From the NCBI GenBank assembly GCA_026417135.1, contig JAOADV010000012.1, forward strand, positions 1,119 to 65,118: DNA of 64,000 nucleotides. The letters are read 5' to 3'. The notes below the pieces were generated by a model. That model saw nothing but the letters and a program-made list of their open reading frames with translations. It ran no database searches and had not been told where the DNA came from. Both the position numbers and the translations under genes were made by a program. Shown here in pieces: positions 40,148 through 50,600 of the stretch. This stretch comes from Ignavibacteria bacterium. GTDB lineage: Bacteria; Bacteroidota; Ignavibacteria; Kapaibacteriales; UBA2268. The number at the start of each line of letters is the position of its first letter. The first letter of the stretch is position 1.

Positions 40148-41578
40148 ATGAGAAAGAGTTTCATAAAAATTTTTCTATTTCTTGTATGTGCAAGCGCAAT
40201 CAGTGCAAACAAATTGGATGTTTTTGTGGATTATGCTGTATTTAGGAGTAGCCCAAAATTCAACTTGCTCGAAGTTTATTATGGTTTTATTGATACTTCA
40301 TTATCGTATATCAAGAAAGGAACAAAGTACATCGCAGAAGTATCGATGCAAATGCAATTTTTCCAGAACGACTCTTTGCTCGATACATATGATTGGTTGA
40401 TATTTCACGAGCGTACCAACTTGGATTTTTCGCCCGAGAAGCAAAATTTACTTGTCGGGCAAAAAAATTTTCAAATTGAAACAAATAGACAAGTAAAAGT
40501 TTTCCTAAAATGCCACGATATGAATGATACTTTAAGAAAATTTATCAGAATTTATGAAGTCGAGCCATATTTTTTCGATACTCTTTCCCCATCGGTAAGC
40601 GAAATTCAAATTGTTCAAAACATTGAGCGTTCCGATACGAGCTCGACTTTTTGGCCAAACGAGTTTGTAAAAGGAAAATATTATGTAATACCAAACCCAA
40701 CGCGTGAAATAATAGGAACTTTCCCAAGACTTTATACTTACTTTGAATACTATTTGCCAAGTAGTTTTCTGAATAAAAAGATTAAAATCGAATATCGAAT
40801 ATTCGATGTTCTTCGGAAAGAGTCACTTTTATCGTTCAAAAATGTTACTGTTCAGTCTACGAGTCAATTCGATGTAAATGGAATTGCACTCGATGCTTTA
40901 ACTTCGGGTATGTATTTTTTCGAGGCAAGACTTGTTGAACAAAACGGAAGGGAAATTGCCAAGAGCAAATTAAAGAAGTTCTATTTGCTTAATCCGGAAT
41001 TACCTCCAAGTCCTATATTTGAATACACAGAGTCCGAGCTTTTTGAAAAAAGCATATTTGCAACTTTAGACGAAAGCGCTGCAAAAAAGGAATTCGAAAA
41101 AGCCAAATATATTGCTACTCCATACGAAATTGAACTTTTTTCAGAATTGACAACAATCGAGGGTAAACGACGATTTCTTTTTGACTTTTGGAAGAAGCGA
41201 AACCCCGATACAACGCTCATTTTCAACAAAGCTTACGATGATTTTAACCAAAAGATTGAATATGCAAATAGATTTTTTTCGGTTGGTAAAAATATCGAAG
41301 GATGGCGGACCGACAGAGGTAGAATATTAATCCAATATGGGGAGCCTACTTCAAGAGAGTTTCACCCACGGGATGGCAACAAAAAAAGCTATGAAATTTG
41401 GTTCTATTCTGAAGTTCAAGGTGGGGCATATTTTTATTTTGTCGATATCAACGGAACTGGGAATTATATTCTTGTCCATTCCACTGCTATGGGCGAAGTT
41501 TACAACGAAAATTGGTATTCTGACTTTGTTACGGGGACGAACACAGAGCGACTGCAAAAAATGCTTCTCAAGAGATGA
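40148..41578 (+). CDS. GWxTD domain-containing exported protein
   Basis: Signal peptide; FW..RNP, YAN..F and GWRTDRGRI.I.YGEP motifs. Confidence 0.9.
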   Translation: MRKSFIKIFLFLVCASAISANKLDVFVDYAVFRSSPKFNLLEVYYGFIDTSLSYIKKGTKYIAEVSMQMQFFQNDSLLDTYDWLIFHERTNLDFSPEKQNLLVGQKNFQIETNRQVKVFLKCHDMNDTLRKFIRIYEVEPYFFDTLSPSVSEIQIVQNIERSDTSSTFWPNEFVKGKYYVIPNPTREIIGTFPRLYTYFEYYLPSSFLNKKIKIEYRIFDVLRKESLLSFKNVTVQSTSQFDVNGIALDALTSGMYFFEARLVEQNGREIAKSKLKKFYLLNPELPPSPIFEYTESELFEKSIFATLDESAAKKEFEKAKYIATPYEIELFSELTTIEGKRRFLFDFWKKRNPDTTLIFNKAYDDFNQKIEYANRFFSVGKNIEGWRTDRGRILIQYGEPTSREFHPRDGNKKSYEIWFYSEVQGGAYFYFVDINGTGNYILVHSTAMGEVYNENWYSDFVTGTNTERLQKMLLKR

Positions 41579-42465
41579 TACGAAAGTTTAGGTTTTACCT
41601 CGAAACGTTTTTAGTTATAATAATTTCTTTTTTTTCGAGATGGCTCTCGCCAAAATCAAGGACACTTTTGGGCGTTCTTTTAGGTCGTTTGTTAAAATTT
41701 TCTTTGAAGAAACGAAAAAAAATTGCTTATGAAAATTTGCGTCTTGCTTTCCCGGGCAAAACCAAAGATTGGTATAAAGAAACAGTATCTAAGATATTCG
41801 AAAATATAGGAATTACATTTGCAGAGTTTCTTTCTATTCCGAAACTTACCGACGAAGATGTCAAGAAATACATACGGTTTAAAAACGTGGAGTTAATTCG
41901 TGAAGTTTACAAACGAAACAAGGGTGTAATTTTGCTTTCAGCTCATTATGGGAACTGGGAACTCCTTGCCTTTTCGGTGGTTGTTTATCTTAACATACCA
42001 GTTTTAATTATAGTCAAACCACTTTCAAATTATGTGCTCGATAAACTTGTAAATAAGTTTCGCACCCTACGAGGAAACAGCGTTGTTTCTATGTATGATT
42101 CCGCCAGAAAAGTTCTTCGAACAATACAAACTGGTGGTCTTGTAGCATTACTTGCAGACCAAAGTGCAACAAAAGATAAGGATATATTTGTAGATTTTTT
42201 TGGGCGAAAGGCTGCTACTTTCGATTCCCCAGCGTATTTCGCACTTAAGTATAAAGTTCCAGTTATAGTCGGATTTGCCGAGCGTAAGGATAACTTTTAC
42301 GAGGTTGAATTAGTTGAACTTGACCATAGCGACCTTGAATACAATGCCGAAGGTATATATGAGTTTACTAAACGCTACACCACTTTGCTCGAGTCTATTA
42401 TTCGAAAAAGGCCGGAGCTTTGGCTTTGGACTCATCGTAGATGGAAGCATTCCCCAAGAAATTAG
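41575..42465 (+). CDS. Lipid A late acyltransferase (LpxL/HtrB family)
   Basis: NL..AFP, HYGNWE, LADQ, FFG and PELWLWTHRRWK motifs. Confidence 0.9.
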   Translation: MIRKFRFYLETFLVIIISFFSRWLSPKSRTLLGVLLGRLLKFSLKKRKKIAYENLRLAFPGKTKDWYKETVSKIFENIGITFAEFLSIPKLTDEDVKKYIRFKNVELIREVYKRNKGVILLSAHYGNWELLAFSVVVYLNIPVLIIVKPLSNYVLDKLVNKFRTLRGNSVVSMYDSARKVLRTIQTGGLVALLADQSATKDKDIFVDFFGRKAATFDSPAYFALKYKVPVIVGFAERKDNFYEVELVELDHSDLEYNAEGIYEFTKRYTTLLESIIRKRPELWLWTHRRWKHSPRN

Positions 42466-42593
42466 TGGGGAAAAGTCAAAGAATTGCTCCTCAAAAATTT
42501 TAAGTTTATAAAATAAAAATTTTAGAATATATAACTTATTTTGTAACATAAATTAAATTAATTCGTTATTACTAATTAAATTATAGCAAAATT

Positions 42594-43001
42594 ATGGATA
42601 GAAAAGAATTTTTAAAAATTACCGGGCTTTCTGCAGCTTCGCTTGCTTTAATTTATTGTTTGGGTGGATGCGAAAGTTCTTCGAATGCCCCCAGCAATAT
42701 CGATTTTACAATCGATTTAAACGACGACAAGTACTTGCGATTGAAAGTTACTGGTGGCTTTGTTATTGTAAATGATATTTTAATTGCACGAACGCTCGAT
42801 GGTTCCTTTGTTGCTATCGCTGCTCGATGTACACACGAAGGAGAAATCTTGGAATATAGGCTGGACACGAATCTTCTTTATTGTCCACGGCACGGTTCGG
42901 AGTTTTCTACTTCTGGTAAAAGAGTTTCCGGGCCAGCTCGTAAAGATTTGATTCAATATAAAATCGAGGTAAAAGGTAATGTTCTTCGAATTTACTCATA
43001 A
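42594..43001 (+). CDS. Rieske [2Fe-2S] lipoprotein
   Basis: CTHEG...CPRHGS ligands; Tat-like RKEFLK signal and LGGC lipobox. Confidence 0.9.
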   Translation: MDRKEFLKITGLSAASLALIYCLGGCESSSNAPSNIDFTIDLNDDKYLRLKVTGGFVIVNDILIARTLDGSFVAIAARCTHEGEILEYRLDTNLLYCPRHGSEFSTSGKRVSGPARKDLIQYKIEVKGNVLRIYS

Positions 43002-43899
43002 AAAAGTTTCTTTTTGGCTCTTAATGGTATTCATAATTCTTGTTTATTTCCCCTTTTCTGGGAATACAAAACCTTACTCTTTCAATCAAATGTACCAATT
43101 CGATTTTACTCTTGGTTTTAAGGGAAGTAACGATGAAAAACACATTATTGGGTTCGAGCAAAATAAATCTTTTCCAGAACCAATTTTTAAAAAAGGATTT
43201 GGGAATAGTAAAGATTACTCGTTTTCGACAACTAATTCCAACATATCTTACGATAACTATTCGCTCGTTCTTTTTGGTAAAAGTATTTTACAAGATACCG
43301 TAAAAAAGGAGAAGCTTAGCGAGGAAATGTTTGAAAATCTTTTGGAATTTGATTTCGAAGAAACAGCGAAAATTCCCTTACTTCCCCAGAATATAAGTTT
43401 TATGGAAAAGCTCCTCTGGGGCGAAAGTGGTTTGTTTCGGAAAATTGGGATAACAGCGGAACTAACAGCAGAACAAAGAGAAAAGGAGCTTGGTTGGCGA
43501 AAAACGATACTCACCCTGCACCAAGGTTTTGGATTGCTGACTTGGGGGCTTATGGCTGGTAGTGTTACATTGGGACAACTTTGGTTGGACGGAAAATTAG
43601 ATTCACCTATTTGGCATAGGCGTTTAGTGTATACGACAGTTGGCTCGTATTCGCTTTCTGGATTATTGGCAATTGTAGCACCTCCTCCGTTCGAACGGCG
43701 CGAGGAATTTTCTACTATTTCTTTCCATAAACTTGCCGCTTGGCTCCACTTTGCTGGAATGGTGGCAACTCCGGTTTTGGGCATTCTAACTAAAGAAAGC
43801 TCCGATTATTTTCGTTCGGCGCGATTTCATCAACGACTCGGATATGTAACCTTTTCGATTTACACAATAGCTATGCTTTCTGTTCTTATTTTTAGTTAG
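42979..43899 (+). CDS. Membrane protein with four His-bearing helices (cytochrome b561-like, inferred)
   Basis: TLHQGFG, IWHRRL, SFHK..AWLH and RFHQRLG on four C-terminal hydrophobic helices. Start is uncertain. Confidence 0.6.
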   Translation: MFFEFTHKKVSFWLLMVFIILVYFPFSGNTKPYSFNQMYQFDFTLGFKGSNDEKHIIGFEQNKSFPEPIFKKGFGNSKDYSFSTTNSNISYDNYSLVLFGKSILQDTVKKEKLSEEMFENLLEFDFEETAKIPLLPQNISFMEKLLWGESGLFRKIGITAELTAEQREKELGWRKTILTLHQGFGLLTWGLMAGSVTLGQLWLDGKLDSPIWHRRLVYTTVGSYSLSGLLAIVAPPPFERREEFSTISFHKLAAWLHFAGMVATPVLGILTKESSDYFRSARFHQRLGYVTFSIYTIAMLSVLIFS

Positions 43900-43906
43900 G
43901 TAAGCT

Positions 43907-44455
43907 ATGTTTTTAAGAATTTACTTCTTTTTTATTTTCTTCCTTTATTCTTCTTATGTTTTCTCGCAAAATGCTATACTTCAAAACGATAAAAGTAATT
44001 CGAGAATAAGTTACGAACTTAGACATCCAGCCCACGATGTTGTTGGTGTCAGTGAAGAACTCGAGGTTAAAATAGAATTGAATCGAAATAACTACTCCAT
44101 AATAAATGCTATAGCACAGGTAAGGGTTGCTTCTTTTAACAGCGGTAACTCCAACAGAGATTCCGAAGCGATGAATTTAATCGAAGCGATTAAATATCCT
44201 TACGCTCGATTTAGAAGTACTTCTATCCGAGATTTTGGCGATACTCTCACGATTTATGGTGATTTGACTTTCCACGGAATTACAAAAAATATAACGATAA
44301 AAGGCAATAAAAAGATTTCGGGAAGCAAATTAATTATATCTGGTAACTTTGCGATAAGTTTAGATTCCTTCAATGTAAAGCGTCCTACTTTGCTTTTCAT
44401 ACCAAGTGAAGAATATCTAAGATTTAGTTTTAAATGCGAGTTTACAATAAATTAA
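43907..44455 (+). CDS. YceI family polyisoprenoid-binding protein
   Basis: Signal peptide; SFNSGNSNRD, KYP..RF.S and GDLTFHGITK motifs. Confidence 0.9.
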   Translation: MFLRIYFFFIFFLYSSYVFSQNAILQNDKSNSRISYELRHPAHDVVGVSEELEVKIELNRNNYSIINAIAQVRVASFNSGNSNRDSEAMNLIEAIKYPYARFRSTSIRDFGDTLTIYGDLTFHGITKNITIKGNKKISGSKLIISGNFAISLDSFNVKRPTLLFIPSEEYLRFSFKCEFTIN

Positions 44456-44500
44456 TTTGATTTTTCAAAAATGAGAATCTTTCGTAGAAAAAATAAGTGG

Positions 44501-45235
44501 TTACAAAATCTTCCCGTATTTTCGTAAAACTTTAATTAAAGCAGAAAAATCTTTTGGATATGGTGCGAAATAAGAAACTTCATCTCCGCTCGTAGGATGT
44601 TTAAATGTAATTGAGAAAGAATGCAAGGATAGTCGAGAAATAATCGGTTTTTCTTCTTCCCCCTTTTTCAAATTGAAACGCCTTTTAAGGGTCGAAACAA
44701 AGAAAGAGTTGTTTTTTCCATAAATTTCATCGACAATTAAAGGATTGCCTATTGTCGAACAATGCACTCGAATTTGGTGATGTCTTCCAGTAACCAGATT
44801 ACACTCGATTAAAGTTGCAATAGAATAGCGTTCCAAAACTCGAACAATTGTTAATGCATCTTTACCACGAGCCGAAGGGACGGTTTTCCACTTGTTCGAA
44901 GGGTCGGTAGCTAACGGGATATCTATTTCTAATTCGTCTTTGGGTAACCATCCCGAAACAACAGCGTGATAAATTTTTTGAACGTCTTGATTTTCGAATT
45001 GCTGATTCAAAATCTTGTGCGATTCAGCATCCCTTGCGAAAAGGACAACGCCACTTGTTTCTTTATCTAATCGGTGGACAACCCAAACTCTGCCGAATTT
45101 CTCTTCGAGTAGAGCCCGTAAATTTGGCAAGGACTTATCGAAACGGTCTGGGATAGTTAAAACATTTGCGGGTTTGTTTACTACGATAATACTTTCGTCG
45201 AAATAGATAACTTCGTATAATCTTTTATCTTTCAT
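44501..45235 (-). CDS. RluA family pseudouridine synthase
   Basis: VNKP, VHRLDKETSG, TGR.HQIRVH and LHS motifs. Confidence 0.93.
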   Translation of the reverse strand: MKDKRLYEVIYFDESIIVVNKPANVLTIPDRFDKSLPNLRALLEEKFGRVWVVHRLDKETSGVVLFARDAESHKILNQQFENQDVQKIYHAVVSGWLPKDELEIDIPLATDPSNKWKTVPSARGKDALTIVRVLERYSIATLIECNLVTGRHHQIRVHCSTIGNPLIVDEIYGKNNSFFVSTLKRRFNLKKGEEEKPIISRLSLHSFSITFKHPTSGDEVSYFAPYPKDFSALIKVLRKYGKIL

Positions 45236-46115
45236 AATTTAATGCGCCAGAAGCCGCAAGAAAGGTATTTTTCATTAACATAGCAATAGTCATAGGTCCA
45301 ACTCCACCCGGAACTGGTGTGATAGCATAAGATTTTTCTTTAACTTCGTCGAAGGCAACATCGCCGACCAAACGATATCCTTTCTCGCTGGTTTTGTCCT
45401 CGACTCGGTTTATTCCTACATCGACAACGACAACCCCATCTTTTACAAAATCGGACCTAACAAAATTAGCTTTACCAATAGCCACAATTAGTACATCAGC
45501 ATTTCGAGTGAATAGTCGAACATCTTCGGCGGAAGTATGGCAAATCGTAACGATGGCATTTGTATCTTCCGTTTTTTGATAAAGCATATTTGCAAGGGGT
45601 TTCCCTACGATGTTACTCCGTCCGAGCACGACGCAATGTTTGCCCTTGAGTTGTATTTTGTAGAATTTTATTAATTCTAAAATACCAGCGGGAGTGCAAG
45701 GGCGGAAACCAGGAAGACCAATAACCAATCGGCCAAAATTTTCTGGATGGAAACCATCGACATCTTTGCTTGGTTTTATAGCAAGGGTAACTTTCAACTC
45801 GTTAATATGTTTTGGAAGTGGTAGTTGAACAAGAATGCCGTGTATGGATGGGTCTTCGTTCCAAGTTTGAATTAGAGTAAGCACCTCTGCTTCGCTCGTG
45901 GTCTCTGGAAGATGTTTTACAATCGAAAAGTAGCCAAGTTCCTCGCAAGCTTTCTTTTTCGAGTTTACGTAAACTTTCGATGCTGGATTGTCGCCCACAA
46001 GAAGAAGAGCGAGCCCCGGGGTTTTTCCTTGCTTTTCCTTTAATTCACAAGTTTTCTCTTTTAATTCGGATAATATCGATTCCGAGACTTTTTTACCATC
46101 GATAATTATAGCCAT
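45225..46115 (-). CDS. folD: Methylenetetrahydrofolate dehydrogenase/cyclohydrolase
   Basis: IIDGK, GILVQLPLP, KDVDG, PCTP, GRSNIVGKP and PVPGGVGPMT motifs. ATG 46115. Confidence 0.96.
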   Translation of the reverse strand: MAIIIDGKKVSESILSELKEKTCELKEKQGKTPGLALLLVGDNPASKVYVNSKKKACEELGYFSIVKHLPETTSEAEVLTLIQTWNEDPSIHGILVQLPLPKHINELKVTLAIKPSKDVDGFHPENFGRLVIGLPGFRPCTPAGILELIKFYKIQLKGKHCVVLGRSNIVGKPLANMLYQKTEDTNAIVTICHTSAEDVRLFTRNADVLIVAIGKANFVRSDFVKDGVVVVDVGINRVEDKTSEKGYRLVGDVAFDEVKEKSYAITPVPGGVGPMTIAMLMKNTFLAASGALNYER

Positions 46116-46116
46116 T

Positions 46117-47436
46117 CTATTGATTCTCTTTTGTAAAGTTAAATTTATAAGACATACCAAAGGAGAAGATATTAATTTTCCCGAAGTTAAAGTCGAAAAA
46201 TGTTGCGAAATTCCCAAGTTTAAGAAGTAGCCCCAAAGTAATTTTATTATTGAAATCCGAAATGATAACGTTTTTGTTCATTGCTCCGAAAGGGTCGCCG
46301 TTATAGCCAAGCTCTGGGTTTTTCCTAAAATAATCATCTTCGTAATACTCGGGGGTGCCATTATCGTCCAACCAAATTAAACCAAGCTGATATTGAACGG
46401 TAATTGGAAGGTAATAGGTAAAGTCAGTATTTATATGAATTTTTTCATGGGAAAAGCCGGAGTAAAATTCAAGCCAGTCGGTAATTTTTTTGCTGAGATG
46501 TATATTGAAATTCCAAAAACTTGCATTAGCGACAAGTTCTGCATTCGTTACCCCAATGGTATTTCTAAGATTTGTTCCTTGGTAGGCAAAAAGTAAAGAA
46601 AGGTCGAATACAGGTTCCGATACATATTGTGTTAAACTATGTTTTATGCCAACTCCCCAGAATGTAAATTTACCTATATTTTTCCCCAAGTCAATGGGTG
46701 GGACAAACCTTAAAGTTAGCTCTGTACCAAAAAGAGAGCCAAATTCAAGTTGGGGTATGCCAGAGATGATTCTTTCAATTCCAAGACCGGGAGGTAACTC
46801 AAAAAATTCGGGGAAGTTTATGATAGATTTATAGATTGTATCTTTCAATTGCTCTGGAAGGTAATGGAAAATTGGATTTTCATTTAAAAGTGAAACTATA
46901 GTATCGTGCGGAATTACAAGATTTTCTTTTCCTTTCCCCAAAATTGTTGGTGAAGTCTTAGGTGGATTTATCTTTCCTTTTGTAACGCCATCGTACATCA
47001 AAATTCGAAAAGCGTAGTAGATTAATCCATTTGTATCGCGGATGGATTTAACCTTAGGAGGAAGTGTGGAAAAGTCCAATTCGAGGTAAGTTGCTAATTT
47101 ATTAATATCAAGTGGTTCAGTTGGCAATTTTGGGTGATAGGTCATTTTGGATTGGGGTACAAATCCCAGCATGCCATTCACAGAAAAACGAATATAGAGA
47201 TTATCTATACCAAAAGGAATATATGCCGAAGAAAAAAATCTAGCATTTGCACTACCGTTAACAACCTCGACCAAAGGTTGTAAATAAGGAACTCCGTTTA
47301 GTTCGAAAATATCTTTACTTAAAGCCCTTGCAAGCATTATGGTTTGGTCGCTTGCTCGTGGATAATTCCAAACGGAGTAGAGATTGGAATAGAAAATGAA
47401 AACAAAATAAATCGATAAAAAGAATATTTTTTTCAT
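46117..47436 (-). CDS. DUF6588-like exported, probable outer-membrane protein
   Basis: Signal peptide; PQL..G...GTE..LRF.P and G.GIKHS..QY motifs; alternating beta-strand C-terminus. Confidence 0.65.
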   Translation of the reverse strand: MKKIFFLSIYFVFIFYSNLYSVWNYPRASDQTIMLARALSKDIFELNGVPYLQPLVEVVNGSANARFFSSAYIPFGIDNLYIRFSVNGMLGFVPQSKMTYHPKLPTEPLDINKLATYLELDFSTLPPKVKSIRDTNGLIYYAFRILMYDGVTKGKINPPKTSPTILGKGKENLVIPHDTIVSLLNENPIFHYLPEQLKDTIYKSIINFPEFFELPPGLGIERIISGIPQLEFGSLFGTELTLRFVPPIDLGKNIGKFTFWGVGIKHSLTQYVSEPVFDLSLLFAYQGTNLRNTIGVTNAELVANASFWNFNIHLSKKITDWLEFYSGFSHEKIHINTDFTYYLPITVQYQLGLIWLDDNGTPEYYEDDYFRKNPELGYNGDPFGAMNKNVIISDFNNKITLGLLLKLGNFATFFDFNFGKINIFSFGMSYKFNFTKENQ

Positions 47437-47447
47437 TTATAAAGCTT

Positions 47448-47633
47448 TTATTTAAACAACTTTTTCTTAATTAATACATAAAATGGAAATGTAAATAATA
47501 AAATAACCAAAATAAAGAAAAGATTGTAAACAATTTTGAAAGAGATGCTAAAAAGAGCAAAAAAGGAATAAAAAATTATAAGAGTAATAATCAATCCTAA
47601 AATAAATGAAAAAATTTCCTTGAAAATCTTCAT
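47448..47633 (-). CDS. Small two-TM hypothetical protein
   Basis: Two hydrophobic helices with a basic tail; fills the gap between dnaE and the DUF6588-like gene on the same strand. Confidence 0.6.
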   Translation of the reverse strand: MKIFKEIFSFILGLIITLIIFYSFFALFSISFKIVYNLFFILVILLFTFPFYVLIKKKLFK

Positions 47634-47668
47634 TTTTTTACCTCGAAAAAAGACAAAATAAGCAAAAT

Positions 47669-50600
47669 TTAGTTTTTAGGAATAAACTGGATGTTCTGGT
47701 TCCCAAAAATTTTGAATAATTCGGAAAGTGTATTTTCTGTGAGCTTAAAATGGACTTCATCGGCGATGTAGGCTTTACGCTCTCCGTTATTTTTGAGGAT
47801 GAAAATAATTTTGCACCTTTCTTCTGGAAAGATGCATAACGAGGCAAGCTTTTCGAGTTTTTCCTTTGCTTCGTCATTATCGACAATTTGAATGCAAATA
47901 GAATCGACAAATTTGTTCATTGCCTCTTGGAGTGTGTAAATTTCGTTGATATGCACTTTTGGTTTTTCTTCTCGAATGTCGAGTTTTCCAATAACGTAAA
48001 CAATTTCATCTTCGATAAGATGATGTGACAATTTAATGTAATTATCGCTCCAAAGAAAAAGTTCTAACTCCCCAAACAAGCCTTCTATCGTAACAAAAGC
48101 AAATTTTTGTTTGTTCTTGTCAACTTTCGTCTGAACTTTTGTAATTAGACCAGCAATTTTAACTGTCGCTCCAGCTGGCAAACCCGAAAGCTTATCGGCA
48201 TTTGTAATTGTCAATGTTTCTAAAATTTGTCGATATCTTTCGAGAGGATGACCGCTGATGTAAAAATTCAGAAATTCCTTTTCTCGCGAAAGTCTTACTT
48301 TTGTACTCCATTCTGGAACGTTCGGTAGCTTCGGTTCAACAATAAAATCGGTCGATGCCTTTGTTTCGGAGAACAAGAAAGTTTCCGAAGAAAATGGATT
48401 TTCCTGAACTTTGCGTGCATATTCTAAGGCTATTTCAATCCCAGCAAACAATGTGGCTCGCCTCCCGTTTTCGATTTTATCGAAACAACCAGCCGAAATT
48501 AAAGCTTCTAACACTTTCTTGTTTATAATTTTGGGGTCTATGCGAGATACAAAATCTATAAACGATGAAAATGGCTTTGAATTCCTTGCCTCGACAATTG
48601 TTTTTTCTACTCTTGTCCCAACGTTTTTTATGCCTGCCAGACCGAATAGTATAGTTCTTTTATCAAGAGGGACAAAGCGGGAAAAAGATTTGTTGATATC
48701 TGGGGGCAGAACCTCGATTCCAAAGCTTTTTGCTTCTTCGATTAAGCGGGGGATAAGTTTGCTGTTGTGAATTTCGGCGTTCATATTTGCTGAAAGAAAT
48801 TCCGCTGGATAATGAGCCTTCAGCCAAGCCGTTTGGTAGGCTAAAATTGCATAGGCTAAGGAATGGGATTTATTGAATCCATAATTTGCAAACTTTTCGA
48901 TTAAATCGAAAATTTCTTCGGCAAGTTTTGGCTCGATACCGTTTTTACTTTTTGCCCCTTCGATAAAGCTTGGTTTCATTTTCAACATTACATCTTGTTT
49001 CTTTTTCCCCATAGCGCGCCGTAAAATATCGGCTTCGGCAAGCGAAAATCCAGCAATATCTTGTGCCAACTGCATTACTTGCTCTTGGTAAACTATTATT
49101 CCGTAGGTGGGTTTTAGAGTTTTTTCCATAATTGGATGTAAATACTCGATTTTGCTCCTACCATACTTTCGGTCGATGTATTCTGGAATGTTTTGCAAAG
49201 GACCTGGGCGGTAGAGCGCGTTCATATCGCTGAGTTCAAGTATATTATTTGGCTTAAGCTGACGAAGATATTCTTGCATTCCTTCGGATTCAAATTGAAA
49301 TACGGCGAGTGTTTTTCCTTGTGCAAAAAGTTCGAAAGTCTTTGGGTCGTTATAGTCAATTGCATCGATGTCAATTCGTTTTCCGTAGTTTTTTTCAATC
49401 ATATCTAATGTTTCGTCGATGATGGAAAGTGTTCGTAGCCCAAGAAAATCCATCTTAATTAACCCAGCGTTTTCCAAGTCGTTCATACTGTATTGAGTCG
49501 TAATTTCTACGGACTCATCTCCATTATTTCTTTGTGCAAACAAAGGTACATAATCGCTGACATCGCCCGGAGCAATCACTACACCAGCTGCATGGACAGA
49601 GGTGTGGCGGTATAAACCTTCCAAGAGTAAAGAGTATTCGATTAGTCGCTTGTAGTCTTCGTCGGTGGTGTTTTTTAACTCTGCTAAATCGGGAAGTTCC
49701 AAAGCTTCGGCAAGTGGAGTTACTTTCCCCAAAACGGATGGAATTTTCGAGGTAATCCGATTAATTTCTTGGTGTGGGATACCAAGAACCCGGCCAACAT
49801 CTTTCAGGACTGCTCTCGAAGAAAGTTGCCCAAAAGTAATAATTTGTGCTACAGATTTTTCTCCATACTTTTGCTTTACGTAATCAATTATTAAGTCTCT
49901 TTTGGTATCGGAAAAATCTATGTCGATATCGGGTAGCGATATTCTTTCGGGATTAAGAAAACGTTCGAAAAGCAAACCAAATTTCAATGGGTCGATATTG
50001 GTTATTCCCAGAGCGTAAGCAACAATGCTTCCTGCAGCCGAGCCTCTACCCGGACCTATTCTAATTCCCATTCGGCGTGCAGCATTGACAAAATCGGCAA
50101 CAATAAGAAAATATGCGGAAAATTGCATTCTGCAAATCACTTCGAGTTCGAATTCTGCTCGGCTGCGAATTTCCTCTGTTATTTCTTCATATTTTTCTTT
50201 TAAACCTTTGTAAGTTAATTCTCTTAGATATTCGTCCAAATTTCGAGCCTGCGTATCTTCGGGCAATTTGAACTCGGGCATATATAGTTGCTTTTCCAAT
50301 TCGACATTGCACTTTTCGGCTATTTCGAGCGTATTTTCGATTGCTTCGGGATAATCTCGAAAAAGTTCAATCATTTCAGCAGTCGTTTTGTAGTATAGCT
50401 GGTCGGAACGATATCGCAGTTTAAATATATCGATTTCTTGTTCGCCTTCGCTCGCAGCTTTGATATTTAAATAAACATTATGTGCTATTGCGTGTTCGCG
50501 TTTTATGTAGTGAACATCATTAGTTGCTACAAGTTTGATACCGAGTTCTTTTGCAATTTTTGGTGCGAAACGCAGAATTAGTTCGTCTTCGGGCAAATTG

